DNA from: Caldisericia bacterium
GTDB lineage: Bacteria > Caldisericota > Caldisericia > JAAYUI01
Direction of reading: 5' to 3'
Length of the DNA: 64,000 nucleotides
NCBI GenBank assembly: GCA_963674785.1
Contig: OY771555.1
Coordinates: 1,408,001 to 1,472,000 of the forward strand
Positions within the stretch are counted from its first letter, which is position 1. Each line of letters opens with the position of its first letter. Below, piece by piece: positions 21,180 to 32,571 of this stretch. The notes beneath the pieces are model-generated. The model was not told the DNA's origin. It ran no database searches and saw only the letters and a list, made by a program, of their open reading frames with translations. A program made the position numbers and the translations under genes.

Positions 21180-23088
21180 TTGGAACCTCCTTCGATGAGA
21201 TGTTTCCTGCGAGGTCAGTTGCTTTTATCGACACGGAATTTCCTTTGTGGTTTTCGATTACTTCAAGGATTGAGCTCTGATTCATTTCAGGGTTGGTGTT
21301 GATTGCACTTTCGGAGTAATCCAAACCATTGACTTCAAACTTTGCTAAAGATTCAATAAGACCAGAGATTGTAACATTGCCAGTTTTTGGGTCCCTTGTT
21401 GCTTTTATCTTGGATAGGTCTGGAGGAATATTGTCATAAATTATGTTTATGATCTGTTTCGTGTTCTTTCCGTCTGGTGAAGTTGCGATTATCTCAAACT
21501 GATTTTCACCAGCAGAAAGCATTAGATGATAAACATCAAATGTGCCATCAGCGTTTATGGTTATATTGTTTGACCCTTCTGATAATTGTGAAACGTTTTC
21601 TACTTTGCCATGGATGTCAACACTCGACTTATTAGTTATGTTTTTGTAGTCATTAATTATTATCTTGGGTTCAGGTGTCGACCTTGCTACTTTCGTGATG
21701 ACAATCTCTTCTAGTTTTTCTTTGTGATCATCATCTTTGGCTACAATAACGATCATGTTGTCGCCATCTTTGAGCGATACATCGATTGTGTATCGACCGT
21801 CAAGTACTTTGTAGGTTTTCCCTTTAAAATATACCTGGGTTGTGTTGGCTGTTCCCGAGACCTTGATGTTTTCATCAGTGGTTGTAAATCCGTTTTCGGG
21901 TTCTTTGATTTTTAAATTTGCGGTTTTGAGTGCTTGAACTCTTTCGATGTTTCTTCTTTTTATTATTGTGTTTCCAAACTCATCCTTTGAGACTACCTCA
22001 ATAACGCTTCTTCCGATACTTAGCTGATAATTATATTCAAAAGTATTGCCTTCAAATGGTACATTGATTCCGTTGATTTCGATTTTTTCAGATCCTTGAA
22101 CTTCACCAGAGACCAGTATTGTCGGAGAATCCACAACAGAATTATCAACAGGGAAGTGAAGTTCGAGTTTGTGTGGGTTCATCTCAGCGGTTTTTTCTCT
22201 TCTTATTATCACATTTACTGAAGTCTCTCTTCCGGCATTGTCCCTTGATGTGACAATTCTTTCAACCTCTCCTACCGGATGGTCTTTGATTTCTATTCTG
22301 AAACGACCATTGCTGCTTGCAGTAACGCTATTTGTAGCATCAACAGAAATCACGTTCCCAGGATTGGAAACTCCAGAAATCACAATATCCGGTTCAAAAG
22401 ACACGATTGGATTTTCGTCAATCTCAAGTCTTGGCTTAGCCCTGAGTAATAGTGCCTTGTCTTCATTTGAGATTTTTGAGTTATTTTTTTGTATAATGTT
22501 GCCATTTTCAGTGATTTTGAGTTCAGTTTCAAACGGAACATTAATGGTTTTGCCTTTTTTCTTTACTACAACATTGCAATCTTCAGTAAGTGGCTTTATC
22601 CCATCATTAGTCAGTCTACAAACCCCTTCGGCAACACTTAACATATAGTCATTGGTGGTGATTTCGTAAAGAGATTTTTCATTATCACCAGTATTAATGA
22701 GAATGTCTCCATATTCCTTGTGAAATTGAATAACCTGCATTCCCTGCCATGGATTTGCATAAAAAGCCACTATCTCTACCGAAGTGTTTTCCTGCATACT
22801 CAAGAATGAACCATCATCAAGTCTAATTTGGGCTGTTCCGTTTGAACCCGTGATTATTTTGTTTCCTGGCGAAAGCTCATCTCCAACGTTTGCGGGTATT
22901 AGCTTTGAGGTAGACTTGTCAGTAACGTTAACGCTACCAAATTTGACATAGATAACTGATTTTGGTGTCTCTTGAGCAAGGACAAGAAAAATTACTGATG
23001 CTACCAATGTTATCGCTGCAAAGACAATCCATACTTTGTTTAGGAGCCTTTTTTTCCACAAACCTTTGATCATCTCATCTAATTCCAT
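21157..23088 (-). CDS. Membrane-anchored FecR-domain protein with multiple Ig-like repeats
   Basis: N-terminal TM; GD.L..G..I.TG..G.A.I.L.DGS.L...NT FecR pattern; repeated L..G.N.I...A.D..GN modules. Confidence 0.75.
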   Translation of the reverse strand: MELDEMIKGLWKKRLLNKVWIVFAAITLVASVIFLVLAQETPKSVIYVKFGSVNVTDKSTSKLIPANVGDELSPGNKIITGSNGTAQIRLDDGSFLSMQENTSVEIVAFYANPWQGMQVIQFHKEYGDILINTGDNEKSLYEITTNDYMLSVAEGVCRLTNDGIKPLTEDCNVVVKKKGKTINVPFETELKITENGNIIQKNNSKISNEDKALLLRAKPRLEIDENPIVSFEPDIVISGVSNPGNVISVDATNSVTASSNGRFRIEIKDHPVGEVERIVTSRDNAGRETSVNVIIRREKTAEMNPHKLELHFPVDNSVVDSPTILVSGEVQGSEKIEINGINVPFEGNTFEYNYQLSIGRSVIEVVSKDEFGNTIIKRRNIERVQALKTANLKIKEPENGFTTTDENIKVSGTANTTQVYFKGKTYKVLDGRYTIDVSLKDGDNMIVIVAKDDDHKEKLEEIVITKVARSTPEPKIIINDYKNITNKSSVDIHGKVENVSQLSEGSNNITINADGTFDVYHLMLSAGENQFEIIATSPDGKNTKQIINIIYDNIPPDLSKIKATRDPKTGNVTISGLIESLAKFEVNGLDYSESAINTNPEMNQSSILEVIENHKGNSVSIKATDLAGNISSKEVPIETTETP

Positions 23089-23143
23089 AATGGATGCAAT
23101 TATACAAGATTAACAAAGTCTGTCTACAGTGGTTTTTACTTAC

Positions 23144-23171
23144 TTGATAAACAATTTGATAACAATAAACT
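23144..23171 (+). promoter_or_regulatory. Putative leaderless promoter of clpC
   Basis: TTGATA-16-TAAACT, then 7 nt to ATG 23179; no SD. Confidence 0.45.
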
Positions 23172-23178
23172 TTCAGGC

Positions 23179-25587
23179 ATGAATTGGAATAATTTAGACG
23201 AGAAAACTCAACGTATATTCTACCTCGCTCAGGATGAGGCTTATTCGTTGGGTAATGATTATCTTGGGACGGAACATCTTTTATTGGGACTTATTCGGGA
23301 AGGATCAAGTTTTGCAGTATCAACACTCAGAGCAATGAATGTAGACTTTGGGGCTTTGAGGGATAGGATTGTTTCACTTGTAAAGGGAGTCAGAAATTCA
23401 GCAGTTGGTCCTGTTCAAAAGAGTCATATTGTGGTTTCAGCACGCGCAAAAAGAGCTCTTGAGATGGCTGACAAAGAGATGAGAAATGCTGGTGTCAGAA
23501 AGCTTTCACCTGAACACCTCTTGGTTGGAATCTTAATGGAAGCCGAAGGACTTGCAGCAAGAATCTTGCGTGAAATGGAAGTTGATATCGATTCCTTTAG
23601 AGCAAATCTTGCTGAGGAGGGAGCTGGTGATTCTGCAGGAAAGAAATCATCGATTCTTGACAAATACTCAAGAGACCTTACAAGACTTGCAAAAGAGGGA
23701 AAACTTGACCCAACAGTTGGGAGAGTAAATGAGATCAACAGATTGATCCAGATTCTTTCAAGAAGAACAAAAAACAACCCAGTTTTGGTTGGTGACCCGG
23801 GAGTTGGAAAAACCGCTATTGTTGAGGGTTTGTCTCAAAAAATCATTGACGGTGAAGTGCCTGAACCTCTCAGAGGTAAAAGGGTGCTTTCCCTGGATTT
23901 GGCTAGTATAATCGCAGGCACAAAGTACAGAGGTGAATTTGAAGAAAGGGTAAAAAATATACTTGCCGAGATTTACAAGTCCGAAGGGAAAATAATCATC
24001 TTCATTGACGAGATACACACAATTGTAGGAGCGGGTGCCGCAGAGGGTGCAATTGATGCATCAAATATCCTCAAACCCCCACTTGCCAGAGGGGAATTGC
24101 AGTGTATTGGTGCAACCACAATTGGTGAATACAGAAAAAACATCGAAAAAGATTCAGCACTTGAGCGTAGATTCCAGATGATAAAGGTTGAAGAGCCAAC
24201 AGTTGATGAAACAATCAAGATTTTGATTGGGCTTGCTCCAAAATACGAGAACCATCATAAGGTAACAATCAGCCATGCAGCTCTTGAGTCTGCTGCAAAA
24301 CTTTCGTCAAGGTTCATCTCTGATAGATTTTTGCCGGATAAAGCAATTGATTTGATTGACGAAGCTGGTGCCAAGGTTCGACTTGCAGTTTTAAATATTC
24401 CTCCAGAAATCAGAAAACTCGAGAAGCAGAGAAAAGAGATCGAACAGGACAAAAAAAGTGCCGCCGATTCGCAAGAGTTTGAGGAGGCAGCAAGACTTCG
24501 TGACAGCGAAAGAGAGATAGAAGAGCAGCTCAGACTCAAGCGTGCTGATTGGCAAAAAGAGATTGACGCTCTTGACCTCGTTGTAACACCGAATGATATT
24601 TCAGAAATTGTCTCAATGTGGACTGGAATTCCAACCACTCAACTCATCCAGGAAGAAAAAGAAAGACTTCTTTCTCTTGAAAAAATCCTTCATGAAAGAA
24701 TTGTTGGTCAAGAAGAAGCAGTTACTGCAGTTTCAAAATCTTTGAGGCGTGCAAGAGTTGGACTTGCTGGAAGAAACAGACCAATTGGGTCGTTCATTTT
24801 TATTGGGCCGAGTGGTGTTGGAAAAACTGAACTTGCAAGAGTTCTTGCTACCCACATCTTTGGTTCAGAAAAATCAATCATCAGACTGGATATGTCTGAA
24901 TACATGGAAAAGCATGCTGTTTCAAGATTGATTGGTGCTCCTCCGGGATACATCGGTTTCGAAGAGGGTGGACAGTTAACCGAGAAAATTAGAAGGAAGC
25001 CGTTCTCAGTTATCCTGCTTGATGAAATTGAGAAAGCACATCAGGATGTTTACAATATTCTACTCCAGATAATGGATGACGGAAGATTGACTGATTCCAA
25101 GGGAAGATTGGTAGACTTTAGACATTCGATCATCATCATGACTTCAAATGTCGGAACACAATGGAAAGGCGCAAAGAGTCTTGGATTCTCATCCTCAGAG
25201 GAGATGGATAAGAATCTCGAAAATAATAGGCTTGATGAAGCAATAAAAAAGATTTTCAGACCAGAGTTCCTTGGAAGACTTGATCAGATCATCCACTTTA
25301 ATCCGTTGACCAAAGAACAGCTCGGAGAGATTGCTGTCCTTCTAATAGATAAACTCAGCGATAATCTTGTTGACGAAGGGTTGAAGGTTGAGCTTACGCC
25401 AGATGCAATCAAGGCATTGGTTGAAAAGAGTTATGACCCAAAACTTGGAGCAAGACCGCTTGTCCGTGCAATCCAGAATATGATTGAAGACCCGATTGCT
25501 GAAAAAACACTTGCCGGAGAGTTTATTTCTGGTGACACAATACAAGTCGATAGCAAAGAAAACGAATTCTTTTTATCAAAAATATAG
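23179..25587 (+). CDS. clpC: ATP-dependent Clp protease ATPase subunit ClpC
   Basis: Clp N repeats (EHLLLG); two AAA modules GDPGVGKT and GPSGVGKT; UVR-like coiled coil. Confidence 0.96.
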   Translation: MNWNNLDEKTQRIFYLAQDEAYSLGNDYLGTEHLLLGLIREGSSFAVSTLRAMNVDFGALRDRIVSLVKGVRNSAVGPVQKSHIVVSARAKRALEMADKEMRNAGVRKLSPEHLLVGILMEAEGLAARILREMEVDIDSFRANLAEEGAGDSAGKKSSILDKYSRDLTRLAKEGKLDPTVGRVNEINRLIQILSRRTKNNPVLVGDPGVGKTAIVEGLSQKIIDGEVPEPLRGKRVLSLDLASIIAGTKYRGEFEERVKNILAEIYKSEGKIIIFIDEIHTIVGAGAAEGAIDASNILKPPLARGELQCIGATTIGEYRKNIEKDSALERRFQMIKVEEPTVDETIKILIGLAPKYENHHKVTISHAALESAAKLSSRFISDRFLPDKAIDLIDEAGAKVRLAVLNIPPEIRKLEKQRKEIEQDKKSAADSQEFEEAARLRDSEREIEEQLRLKRADWQKEIDALDLVVTPNDISEIVSMWTGIPTTQLIQEEKERLLSLEKILHERIVGQEEAVTAVSKSLRRARVGLAGRNRPIGSFIFIGPSGVGKTELARVLATHIFGSEKSIIRLDMSEYMEKHAVSRLIGAPPGYIGFEEGGQLTEKIRRKPFSVILLDEIEKAHQDVYNILLQIMDDGRLTDSKGRLVDFRHSIIIMTSNVGTQWKGAKSLGFSSSEEMDKNLENNRLDEAIKKIFRPEFLGRLDQIIHFNPLTKEQLGEIAVLLIDKLSDNLVDEGLKVELTPDAIKALVEKSYDPKLGARPLVRAIQNMIEDPIAEKTLAGEFISGDTIQVDSKENEFFLSKI

Positions 25588-25604
25588 AAGTTGTTGAGGT
25601 AGAC

Positions 25605-27065
25605 ATGGCAGAAGAAGTTAGGGTAAGGATCGCACCATCCCCCACAGGTAAATTGCATATTGGCAACGCCAGAACTGGTTTGTTCAATTATCTTTTCGCA
25701 AGAAATGTCGGCGGGAAGTTCATTCTCAGGGTTGATGACACAGACAAAGAAAGATCGACTGAGGAATCGGAAAGAGCTATCTATGAAGGTTTTGAGTGGC
25801 TTGGAATAGATTGGGATGAGGGACCAAACAAGAGTGGGGATTATGGTCCATATAGGCAGTCCGAGCGTGGCGAACTCTACCATGATGCCATCCAGAAACT
25901 TCTTGAAAGTGGAAATGCCTATTATTGTTTCTGTTCTCAGGATGAGCTGGCTGAAAAAAGAACAGCTGCCGAAAAAGCACATGAAATCTATAGATATGAC
26001 AATATGTGTAGAGATATTCCTTTGGATGAGGCTAGAAAAAGAGTGGCTGCCGGTGAAAGGGCAGTCATTAGGCTCCGAATTCCAGATGATGTAACGATTG
26101 TTTTTGAGGATTTGGTAAGAGGTGAGATTGAAGTAAAATCAAAGGCTTTTGATGACTTCATTATTGCCAAACCAAATGGTGATCCGCTCTATAACCTTGC
26201 AACCGTAATTGACGATCACCTCATGAAAATCAGTCACATTCTCAGAGGACAAGACCATCTTACGAACACCTCAAAACAGATTCTCATTTACAATGCTCTT
26301 GGATACCCTCTTCCAAAGTTTGGTCATTTCTCCCTTATTATGGACAAGAACAGAAAGAAACTCAGCAAACGAGCAGGCGCTGTTTATATCGGGGACTTTA
26401 AAAAAGACGGTTATCTGCCTCAGGCTGTGACAAACTTCATTGCACTTCTTGGATGGTCACCTGGTGAAGACAGAGAGAAAATGACATTGCCAGAAATGGT
26501 AGAAGCGTTTTCAATGAATAGGATTCAAAAATCCGATGCTATTTTTGATACTGAAAAACTGCTGTGGTTGAACGGTGTTTATATCCGGGATATGGAACTT
26601 CCTGAGTTCCTGGAAAACGTCAAACCTCACCTTAAAGAAGCTGGTTATCCAGTTGATGATGTATCACAGGAATGGTTGAACAAAGTTGTCGCACTTGAGC
26701 AAGAAAGAATCAAGACATTCTCTGAGGCTCCCGAGGTTTTTGAATTCTTCTTTAAAGATATCCCTTATGAAAAAGAGCTTCTTACGAAAAAAACCAAAAA
26801 AACTGATGAAGAGATTGTCGGAGCACTCGAACAGGTAAAAGCCGAACTTGAAAAAGTTGATAATTGGGTTGAAGCCGAACTTGAAAAAACATGTCGTGAG
26901 TTGGTCGAAAAAATGGAATGGAAAACCGGACAACTCTTCATGCCAATCAGGGTTGCTGTAACAGGACGCAAGGCAACACCACCACTTTTTGATACGATTG
27001 AGGTTCTTGGTCGAGAGCTTAGCTTGAAACGTATTGACAAGGCAATTGAGTTGCTTAAAGTTTGA
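25605..27065 (+). CDS. gltX: Glutamate--tRNA ligase
   Basis: RIAPSPTG.LHIG and KLSKR motifs. Confidence 0.97.
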   Translation: MAEEVRVRIAPSPTGKLHIGNARTGLFNYLFARNVGGKFILRVDDTDKERSTEESERAIYEGFEWLGIDWDEGPNKSGDYGPYRQSERGELYHDAIQKLLESGNAYYCFCSQDELAEKRTAAEKAHEIYRYDNMCRDIPLDEARKRVAAGERAVIRLRIPDDVTIVFEDLVRGEIEVKSKAFDDFIIAKPNGDPLYNLATVIDDHLMKISHILRGQDHLTNTSKQILIYNALGYPLPKFGHFSLIMDKNRKKLSKRAGAVYIGDFKKDGYLPQAVTNFIALLGWSPGEDREKMTLPEMVEAFSMNRIQKSDAIFDTEKLLWLNGVYIRDMELPEFLENVKPHLKEAGYPVDDVSQEWLNKVVALEQERIKTFSEAPEVFEFFFKDIPYEKELLTKKTKKTDEEIVGALEQVKAELEKVDNWVEAELEKTCRELVEKMEWKTGQLFMPIRVAVTGRKATPPLFDTIEVLGRELSLKRIDKAIELLKV

Positions 27066-27068
27066 TGT

Positions 27069-27142
27069 GCGGCTGTAGCACAATTGGATAGTGCGCCTGC
27101 CTACGGAGCAGGAGGTTGCAGGTTCGAGTCCTGTCAGCCGTG
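27069..27142 (+). tRNA. tRNA-Arg(ACG), CCA not encoded
   Basis: Acceptor GCGGCTG/CAGCCGT; anticodon arm CCTGC-CTACGGA-GCAGG; GTTCGAG T-loop. Confidence 0.95.
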
Positions 27143-27164
27143 TATTTGAGGTTTGGTTATCCCA

Positions 27165-27617
27165 ATGATTCCTAAGTTCATGAAATATGCTTTTGAGCAA
27201 GCACAGCTTGCTTTTGACACAGGTGAGCTGCCTGTTGGAGCTGTGGTTGTCAAAGATAACGAGGTCATTGGGAAAGGTCACAACCTAACCCTTACCACAT
27301 CTGACCCCACTGCACACGCAGAGATTGTTGCGCTTCGTGATGCTGCAAAAAACATTGGTGACTGGAGACTCTTGAATTGTTCAATTTATGTAACCCTTGA
27401 GCCATGCCCAATGTGCACAGGTGCGATTCTTTTGTCTCGAATATCAGATATTTACTTTGCAACATATGATAGCAAAGACGGGGCATGTGGCTCAAAAATG
27501 AATCTTGCTGTACACCCAATCTTTGGTCATAGAGCGAGAGTTCATAAAACCGATGGAGCCAAGGATGCCTCAAAGCTTATTGTCGATTTTTTCAAAAAAA
27601 AGAGGAATAAAAAATGA
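27165..27617 (+). CDS. tadA: tRNA adenosine(34) deaminase
   Basis: GELPVGAV, DPTAHAE, DWRL, TLEPCPMC. Confidence 0.93.
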   Translation: MIPKFMKYAFEQAQLAFDTGELPVGAVVVKDNEVIGKGHNLTLTTSDPTAHAEIVALRDAAKNIGDWRLLNCSIYVTLEPCPMCTGAILLSRISDIYFATYDSKDGACGSKMNLAVHPIFGHRARVHKTDGAKDASKLIVDFFKKKRNKK

Positions 27618-28555
27618 ATCATGTTTATATTGATGAGCTGAAAAGTGGGATGGATATCGATGGTTATTATGTTCTTGTAAGGAAAGAAGAAAAACTTACA
27701 AAACATGGTGACCCATTTTTGAAAATGGTTTTATCAGATAGCTCTGGAAAATGTGATGCAATGATGTGGAAAGAGGGAGTTGAAAAATGGGGGACAGATT
27801 TTGAATCAAATACCGTTGTGAGAGTCAGGGGTAGAACGGAAGAGTATATCGAAAAGGTTCAGATTTCAGTTAATCGTATAGGGGTTGCTGATGAAAATAA
27901 CTATGACAAAGAGTGGTTTTTGCCTGTCGCTCCCGTTGAAATAATCGAGATATTATCCGAGATCAAAAATATTACTGATGATATTCAGGATGAAAGCCTG
28001 AAAGAACTTGTCTCTCACTTCATGTCTGATAAAGAATTATATAATGATTTCACAACAGCTCCAGGAGCTGTGAGTCTTCATCATGCCTATCTTGGTGGAC
28101 TCGCCCACCACACACTTGGCGTCATGAAGGTGTGTCTAGATTTTGCATCCAGGTATCCTGATTTAAACAAAGACCTTCTTATTGTGGCTGCACTATTTCA
28201 TGATATTGGGAAAACAAAGGAAAATAACTGGTCAATCAGTTTTGGAAGAACTGCAGAGGGTGACTTACTTGGACACATTATTCAGGGAGTTCAGATACTC
28301 AAATCAATGCTTGAAGATGTCAAACTTGAAAAAGAGATCAGATTAAACCTTGAACACTGCATGGTTTCTCACCATGGATACTATGAATATGGTTCTCCAA
28401 AACTCCCAATGACAAGAGAGGCGCTTGCGCTTCATCTTGCTGATTATGCTGATTCACACTTCGATGAGTACAATAGAATTTTGGAAAAAATTGAAGTTGG
28501 TGAAGGGACAAGTCCAATCAGATTTTTAGATGGTAGAAGGCTTTATAACCTTTAA
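27614..28555 (+). CDS. yhaM: OB-fold + HD-domain 3'-5' exoribonuclease (YhaM/Cbf1 family)
   Basis: N-terminal OB fold; HHAY.GGL..HT, LFHDIGK, GHI, SHHG..EYGSP. Confidence 0.88.
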   Translation: MNHVYIDELKSGMDIDGYYVLVRKEEKLTKHGDPFLKMVLSDSSGKCDAMMWKEGVEKWGTDFESNTVVRVRGRTEEYIEKVQISVNRIGVADENNYDKEWFLPVAPVEIIEILSEIKNITDDIQDESLKELVSHFMSDKELYNDFTTAPGAVSLHHAYLGGLAHHTLGVMKVCLDFASRYPDLNKDLLIVAALFHDIGKTKENNWSISFGRTAEGDLLGHIIQGVQILKSMLEDVKLEKEIRLNLEHCMVSHHGYYEYGSPKLPMTREALALHLADYADSHFDEYNRILEKIEVGEGTSPIRFLDGRRLYNL

Positions 28556-28770
28556 TCGACTAATTCTAACCAATCAAGTTGGAGTTGCTCTCCAGATTCA
28601 GAAACAATGATGTAGATGAAATTACCATTATCATTGTTTCTATATGCACAGTGCTCCCAGGGATCCATACAGGCTTTCCTGATTTCAGCAACAATAAATT
28701 CTTTTCCTTGCAGGCTTGATGGAGCATTTTTATTGCATTTGATTCTTGAACCGATTTCTGGAAGATTCAT
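28552..28770 (-). CDS. Small hypothetical protein
   Basis: 72-aa ORF filling the gap; no recognisable motif. Confidence 0.45.
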   Translation of the reverse strand: MNLPEIGSRIKCNKNAPSSLQGKEFIVAEIRKACMDPWEHCAYRNNDNGNFIYIIVSESGEQLQLDWLELVD

Positions 28771-28887
28771 GCATACATTTTCTATTTTTTAAGAAACATC
28801 GTCAAGTGAAATAAGATTCCAAATCTTGTTTGGAATGGGTTTGAGAATCTAGTTGACTCGAAATTGTGTGTTTGTAAACTCTCATGT

Positions 28888-28979
28888 GGAGAGATGGCTG
28901 AGCGGTTGAAGGCACCTGATTCGAAATCAGGAGTGTGGGGTATCCTGCATCGGGGGTTCGAATCCCCCTCTCTCCGCCA
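28888..28979 (+). tRNA. tRNA-Ser(CGA)
   Basis: GGAGAGA/TCTCTCC acceptor; CCTGA-TTCGAAA-TCAGG; long variable arm; CCA encoded. Confidence 0.96.
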
Positions 28980-29052
28980 GGAAGTCTGGCTGCTAAGAAT
29001 TCAGTGGTTGATGGAGTGCATGCTGAATGTGGATTGAAGACGTTCTGGGAAA

Positions 29053-29631
29053 ATGTCAAATAACATAATGAAATTCTTGAAGATAGTGGTAAAAACAATA
29101 AACCGAAACACAACACTGAAGATGATTTTAGTGTTACTTGTTTTAACTGTATGTCTTATGGTTTTCCTTTCAGTTTTAGGGCAAGAGTTTTCACGAATTT
29201 CTGATGTAGGTACTACATTAGATGTTAATTACTTCTATTCTGCCAGATACGCTCAGAGTTTTTTTGAGCAAATATCCCCAGAAGCTGTAAATCTCTATCT
29301 CTATAGATTTGCGGTAGCCGATACTTTCTTTCCGATTTGTTATTCACTCTTTTTTTCTTTTCTTATCTCACATATACTTAAGAAAAAGCAACCGAAAAGC
29401 TCCAGATCGCAATATCTTTGCTTGGTTCCGTTTGTAACGGTATTTTTCGATTATTCAGAGAATATATTTACAATAATAGCAATGCGCTCTTTGCCTGATA
29501 TCAATATGTTTCTGGTGAGACTTTTGTCGATTTCTTCATCAATCAAGTGGGTGACTTTTTTGAGTATCATCCTTGTTTTATTGTGGCTTATTATAAAAAA
29601 ACAATCCGAAACTTGTGAAACTTATCAATGA
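29053..29631 (+). CDS. Hypothetical membrane protein
   Basis: 4 TM; D..FP..Y and DY.EN motifs. Confidence 0.7.
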   Translation: MSNNIMKFLKIVVKTINRNTTLKMILVLLVLTVCLMVFLSVLGQEFSRISDVGTTLDVNYFYSARYAQSFFEQISPEAVNLYLYRFAVADTFFPICYSLFFSFLISHILKKKQPKSSRSQYLCLVPFVTVFFDYSENIFTIIAMRSLPDINMFLVRLLSISSSIKWVTFLSIILVLLWLIIKKQSETCETYQ

Positions 29632-29701
29632 TTATAATCTTTTGGTTGGTGTGTACTTCTTTAAAAGAAATCTCGTTCTATAATTATTGCAAGGAACAAA
29701 T

Positions 29702-30283
29702 ATGAAAACAGATTTTGATAAACAGATGAAATTCATTCATGAAATTGATAAGATGAAATCCATTTTGAGAAACAACAAAACTTTTTCAACAGCAAGGCTT
29801 GAAAATGATGCCGAACACTCATGGCACATATGTGTAATGGCTTTAACTCTGATGGAGTATGCTGATTGCGAAGTTGACATTTTTCGAGTAATCAAAATGC
29901 TTTTGATTCATGATCTTGTAGAGATATACGCAGGCGATGTTATTGTCTACAAACAAAATACAGAAGAGCACCACAATAATGAGCTGTCTGCGGCAAAAAG
30001 AATTTTTGGTATTCTTCCAGAAAAACAATCTACCGAGTTTTTTTCTCTTTGGCAAGAATTTGAAAAAAGAGAGACAAATGATGCGAAGTTTGCAAGAGCA
30101 ATCGACAGATTAGAACCCATAATGCAGATTCATTATCAAAAGGGTGATGCCTGGGTCAGAAACAAAATAACATCTGATAGAATTTTCGAGGCAAACAAGA
30201 TAATTGGTGATGCCAGCCAAAGACTTTGGGAGTATGCGCAAGAGTTGATTAATGAATGTATTGAGAATGGATACATCAAATAG
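29702..30283 (+). CDS. HD-domain phosphohydrolase (YfbR-like)
   Basis: ENDAEHSWH, LIHDLVEIYAGD, DRL.P. Confidence 0.88.
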   Translation: MKTDFDKQMKFIHEIDKMKSILRNNKTFSTARLENDAEHSWHICVMALTLMEYADCEVDIFRVIKMLLIHDLVEIYAGDVIVYKQNTEEHHNNELSAAKRIFGILPEKQSTEFFSLWQEFEKRETNDAKFARAIDRLEPIMQIHYQKGDAWVRNKITSDRIFEANKIIGDASQRLWEYAQELINECIENGYIK

Positions 30284-30328
30284 AAAAATCCGATATTTTG
30301 TTATACTTAGTTTTGAGGGAGATAAGAT

Positions 30329-31114
30329 ATGAACTCGATTTATGGAAGATGGTACGCCAAATGGTACGACAGTATTGAAACCCAGACAAATGATGTCGAG
30401 TTTTTTATTGAGCTCCTAAAGGGAAATCCAAAAAGAGTTTTTGAAATCTGTTGTGGGACGGGCAGGGTTCTTCTTCCTCTAGCAAGAGAAGGTCACGAAA
30501 TGCATGGGATCGACATGAATAATTTCATGTTGGAGAGATTGTTTGGGAAAGCTTCTGGACTTGAAAATATTCATGTATTGCAGGCGGATGCCTTAAGTGC
30601 CGATTGGGGTGATGGTTTTGATGCTGTGCTTATGGCTGGAAATATTCTCATCAATATTGAAAATGCGTTTACAAGAGAGGATTATATCAAAGCACAGAAG
30701 CTCTTTATGAAAAAGTCTTTCGATGCGCTCAAACCGGGTGGTTTGTTTATTATGGATAATGATATCAGTAGTGAACCAGAGAAGTTTTTTAGACCTTCAG
30801 GTGAGCCAAAAACAAGAAAAATCCCTGCAAATGACGATGGAATTTCAGCAGAAATTACTTACAAATGGTCAAAATACAATAATGAAACCCGGGTTTGTAC
30901 AGGTGAAAATCTTCTTGTTCTTTTTGATGACCAAGGTAGCGAGATAACCAGACACACTAGGAAATATTTGAAGTATTTCCCGACACTACAAGAGCAAACT
31001 GAATGGGTCAAAAACATTGGTTTTAAGTTAGTTGATAGGTGGGGTGATTACAAAAAATCTGCTGTCAGTGATGAAAGTGGTAGGGTGGTGCACTTTGCCA
31101 AAAAACCCGAATAA
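30329..31114 (+). CDS. Class I SAM-dependent methyltransferase
   Basis: EICCGTGR motif I; LKPGG. Confidence 0.88.
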   Translation: MNSIYGRWYAKWYDSIETQTNDVEFFIELLKGNPKRVFEICCGTGRVLLPLAREGHEMHGIDMNNFMLERLFGKASGLENIHVLQADALSADWGDGFDAVLMAGNILINIENAFTREDYIKAQKLFMKKSFDALKPGGLFIMDNDISSEPEKFFRPSGEPKTRKIPANDDGISAEITYKWSKYNNETRVCTGENLLVLFDDQGSEITRHTRKYLKYFPTLQEQTEWVKNIGFKLVDRWGDYKKSAVSDESGRVVHFAKKPE

Positions 31115-31123
31115 GATTTTGTA

Positions 31124-31152
31124 TTGATAAATGCCTAAATATTACCTATAAT
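31124..31152 (+). promoter_or_regulatory. Sigma70-like promoter with flanking ATTACCT direct repeats
   Basis: TTGATA-17-TATAAT; ATTACCTATA ATTACCTAAA. Confidence 0.5.
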
Positions 31153-31180
31153 TACCTAAAATGATTTTTGAGGTGCGATT

Positions 31181-31630
31181 ATGGATAACAAGTTCTATTC
31201 AGTGGAAGAAATTTCTAAAACGCTGAAAATGCACGAAAAAACCGTTCAGAGATATATTAGGGAAGGGAAGATAAAGGCGGTTAAGGTTGGGAAGGCATGG
31301 AGGGTAAAAGAAAGTGATCTGAATGCTTTCTTGAGAGAGAATTCCAGCAAAATACATGAGGATTTAAAAACATTTGATCAAGAAACAAGGGAAAACAATA
31401 GAATCAAAATATCTTCAGTTATCGATATTGATGTAGACAGTGTTGACGAAGCAATCAGGATTTCAAATGGTATAACCGGCTCACTAAATTCAAAACCAGA
31501 TGAGTATGGTAAAACATCCTTGAGTATTCAGTTTCTAGAATCAGAAAGAAAACTGAGGATGATGTTTTGGGGCAATTTGAGAATCACAAGAATTCTAATG
31601 GAGATGTTGGAAGGGTATATTGGGAAATAG
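31181..31630 (+). CDS. Excisionase-like HTH DNA-binding protein with C-terminal domain
   Basis: YSVEEI...L.MH.KTV.RYIREGKIKA.KVG..WRV. Confidence 0.85.
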   Translation: MDNKFYSVEEISKTLKMHEKTVQRYIREGKIKAVKVGKAWRVKESDLNAFLRENSSKIHEDLKTFDQETRENNRIKISSVIDIDVDSVDEAIRISNGITGSLNSKPDEYGKTSLSIQFLESERKLRMMFWGNLRITRILMEMLEGYIGK

Positions 31631-31716
31631 TTCTTAAGTCATAACTCTTGAACACTTCTAATAATTACTTATAGTTTCTAAGAAGGTAATAATAGGAATT
31701 AGACAGGAGGATTCTC

Positions 31717-32559
31717 ATGAAAGATTCAAGAGTTTTTAAAAGTGATGAAGGAAGGGATAAGATTCTTTCCTTCTACAGGAAGATTCTCTCTCAAGTTGAG
31801 TTTGAATATGAGGAAAGATTTATTGACACCTCGTATGGAAAAACATATCTGTTGACTGCAGGTGATAAAAGAAATCCTGTTTTAATGCTTTTCCATGGAT
31901 CATGTAGCAGTAGCATCATGTGGCTTGGTGATATGGGTTCTCTTTGTAAAGATTTTTTTGTGGTAAGTGTTGACGTTGTTGGTGAGGCTGGAAGTAGTGA
32001 TGAAAACAGGCTAAACCCAAAAACAGATGACCATGCAAAATGGATCGATGAAATTGTTACATCTTTGAATGTTACAAAGGTGAATCTCATGGGAAACTCG
32101 TTTGGTGCGTGGCTGAGTTTGAAATATGCGGTGTCATTCCCACGGAAAGTCGACAAAATCATTCTGATTGCTCCCTCTGGAATCGTCAATGTGAATCTTT
32201 CGTTTGTCATGAAATCGATTTGGTACATCATGTTGGGTGACCTTGGAACTCAGAAAATGAACAAACTTATTTTTGGAACGGATGATATCCCAAAGGATGT
32301 TTTGACATTTCAAGAGCTGATTATGAAAAATTTCAAACCGATGATCGGAGGACTTCCAGTTTTTTCAGATGATGAGTTGAAAAAACTGAGAAACCCAATC
32401 CTTTTTATCTGTGGTGAAAATGACGTCACTTTGAGTGTAAAAAAAGCATCTGTAAGACTTTCAAACCTTTGTGAAAATACTGAAATCAATATCCTTGAGG
32501 GTTTTCCTCATGCTATATATGGTCAAACAGAAAAAATAGCCAGATTCCTGAAAAAATAA
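31717..32559 (+). CDS. Alpha/beta hydrolase
   Basis: FHG, GNSFG nucleophile elbow, GEND, PH. Confidence 0.88.
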   Translation: MKDSRVFKSDEGRDKILSFYRKILSQVEFEYEERFIDTSYGKTYLLTAGDKRNPVLMLFHGSCSSSIMWLGDMGSLCKDFFVVSVDVVGEAGSSDENRLNPKTDDHAKWIDEIVTSLNVTKVNLMGNSFGAWLSLKYAVSFPRKVDKIILIAPSGIVNVNLSFVMKSIWYIMLGDLGTQKMNKLIFGTDDIPKDVLTFQELIMKNFKPMIGGLPVFSDDELKKLRNPILFICGENDVTLSVKKASVRLSNLCENTEINILEGFPHAIYGQTEKIARFLKK

Positions 32560-32571
32560 TAACCATTATTC

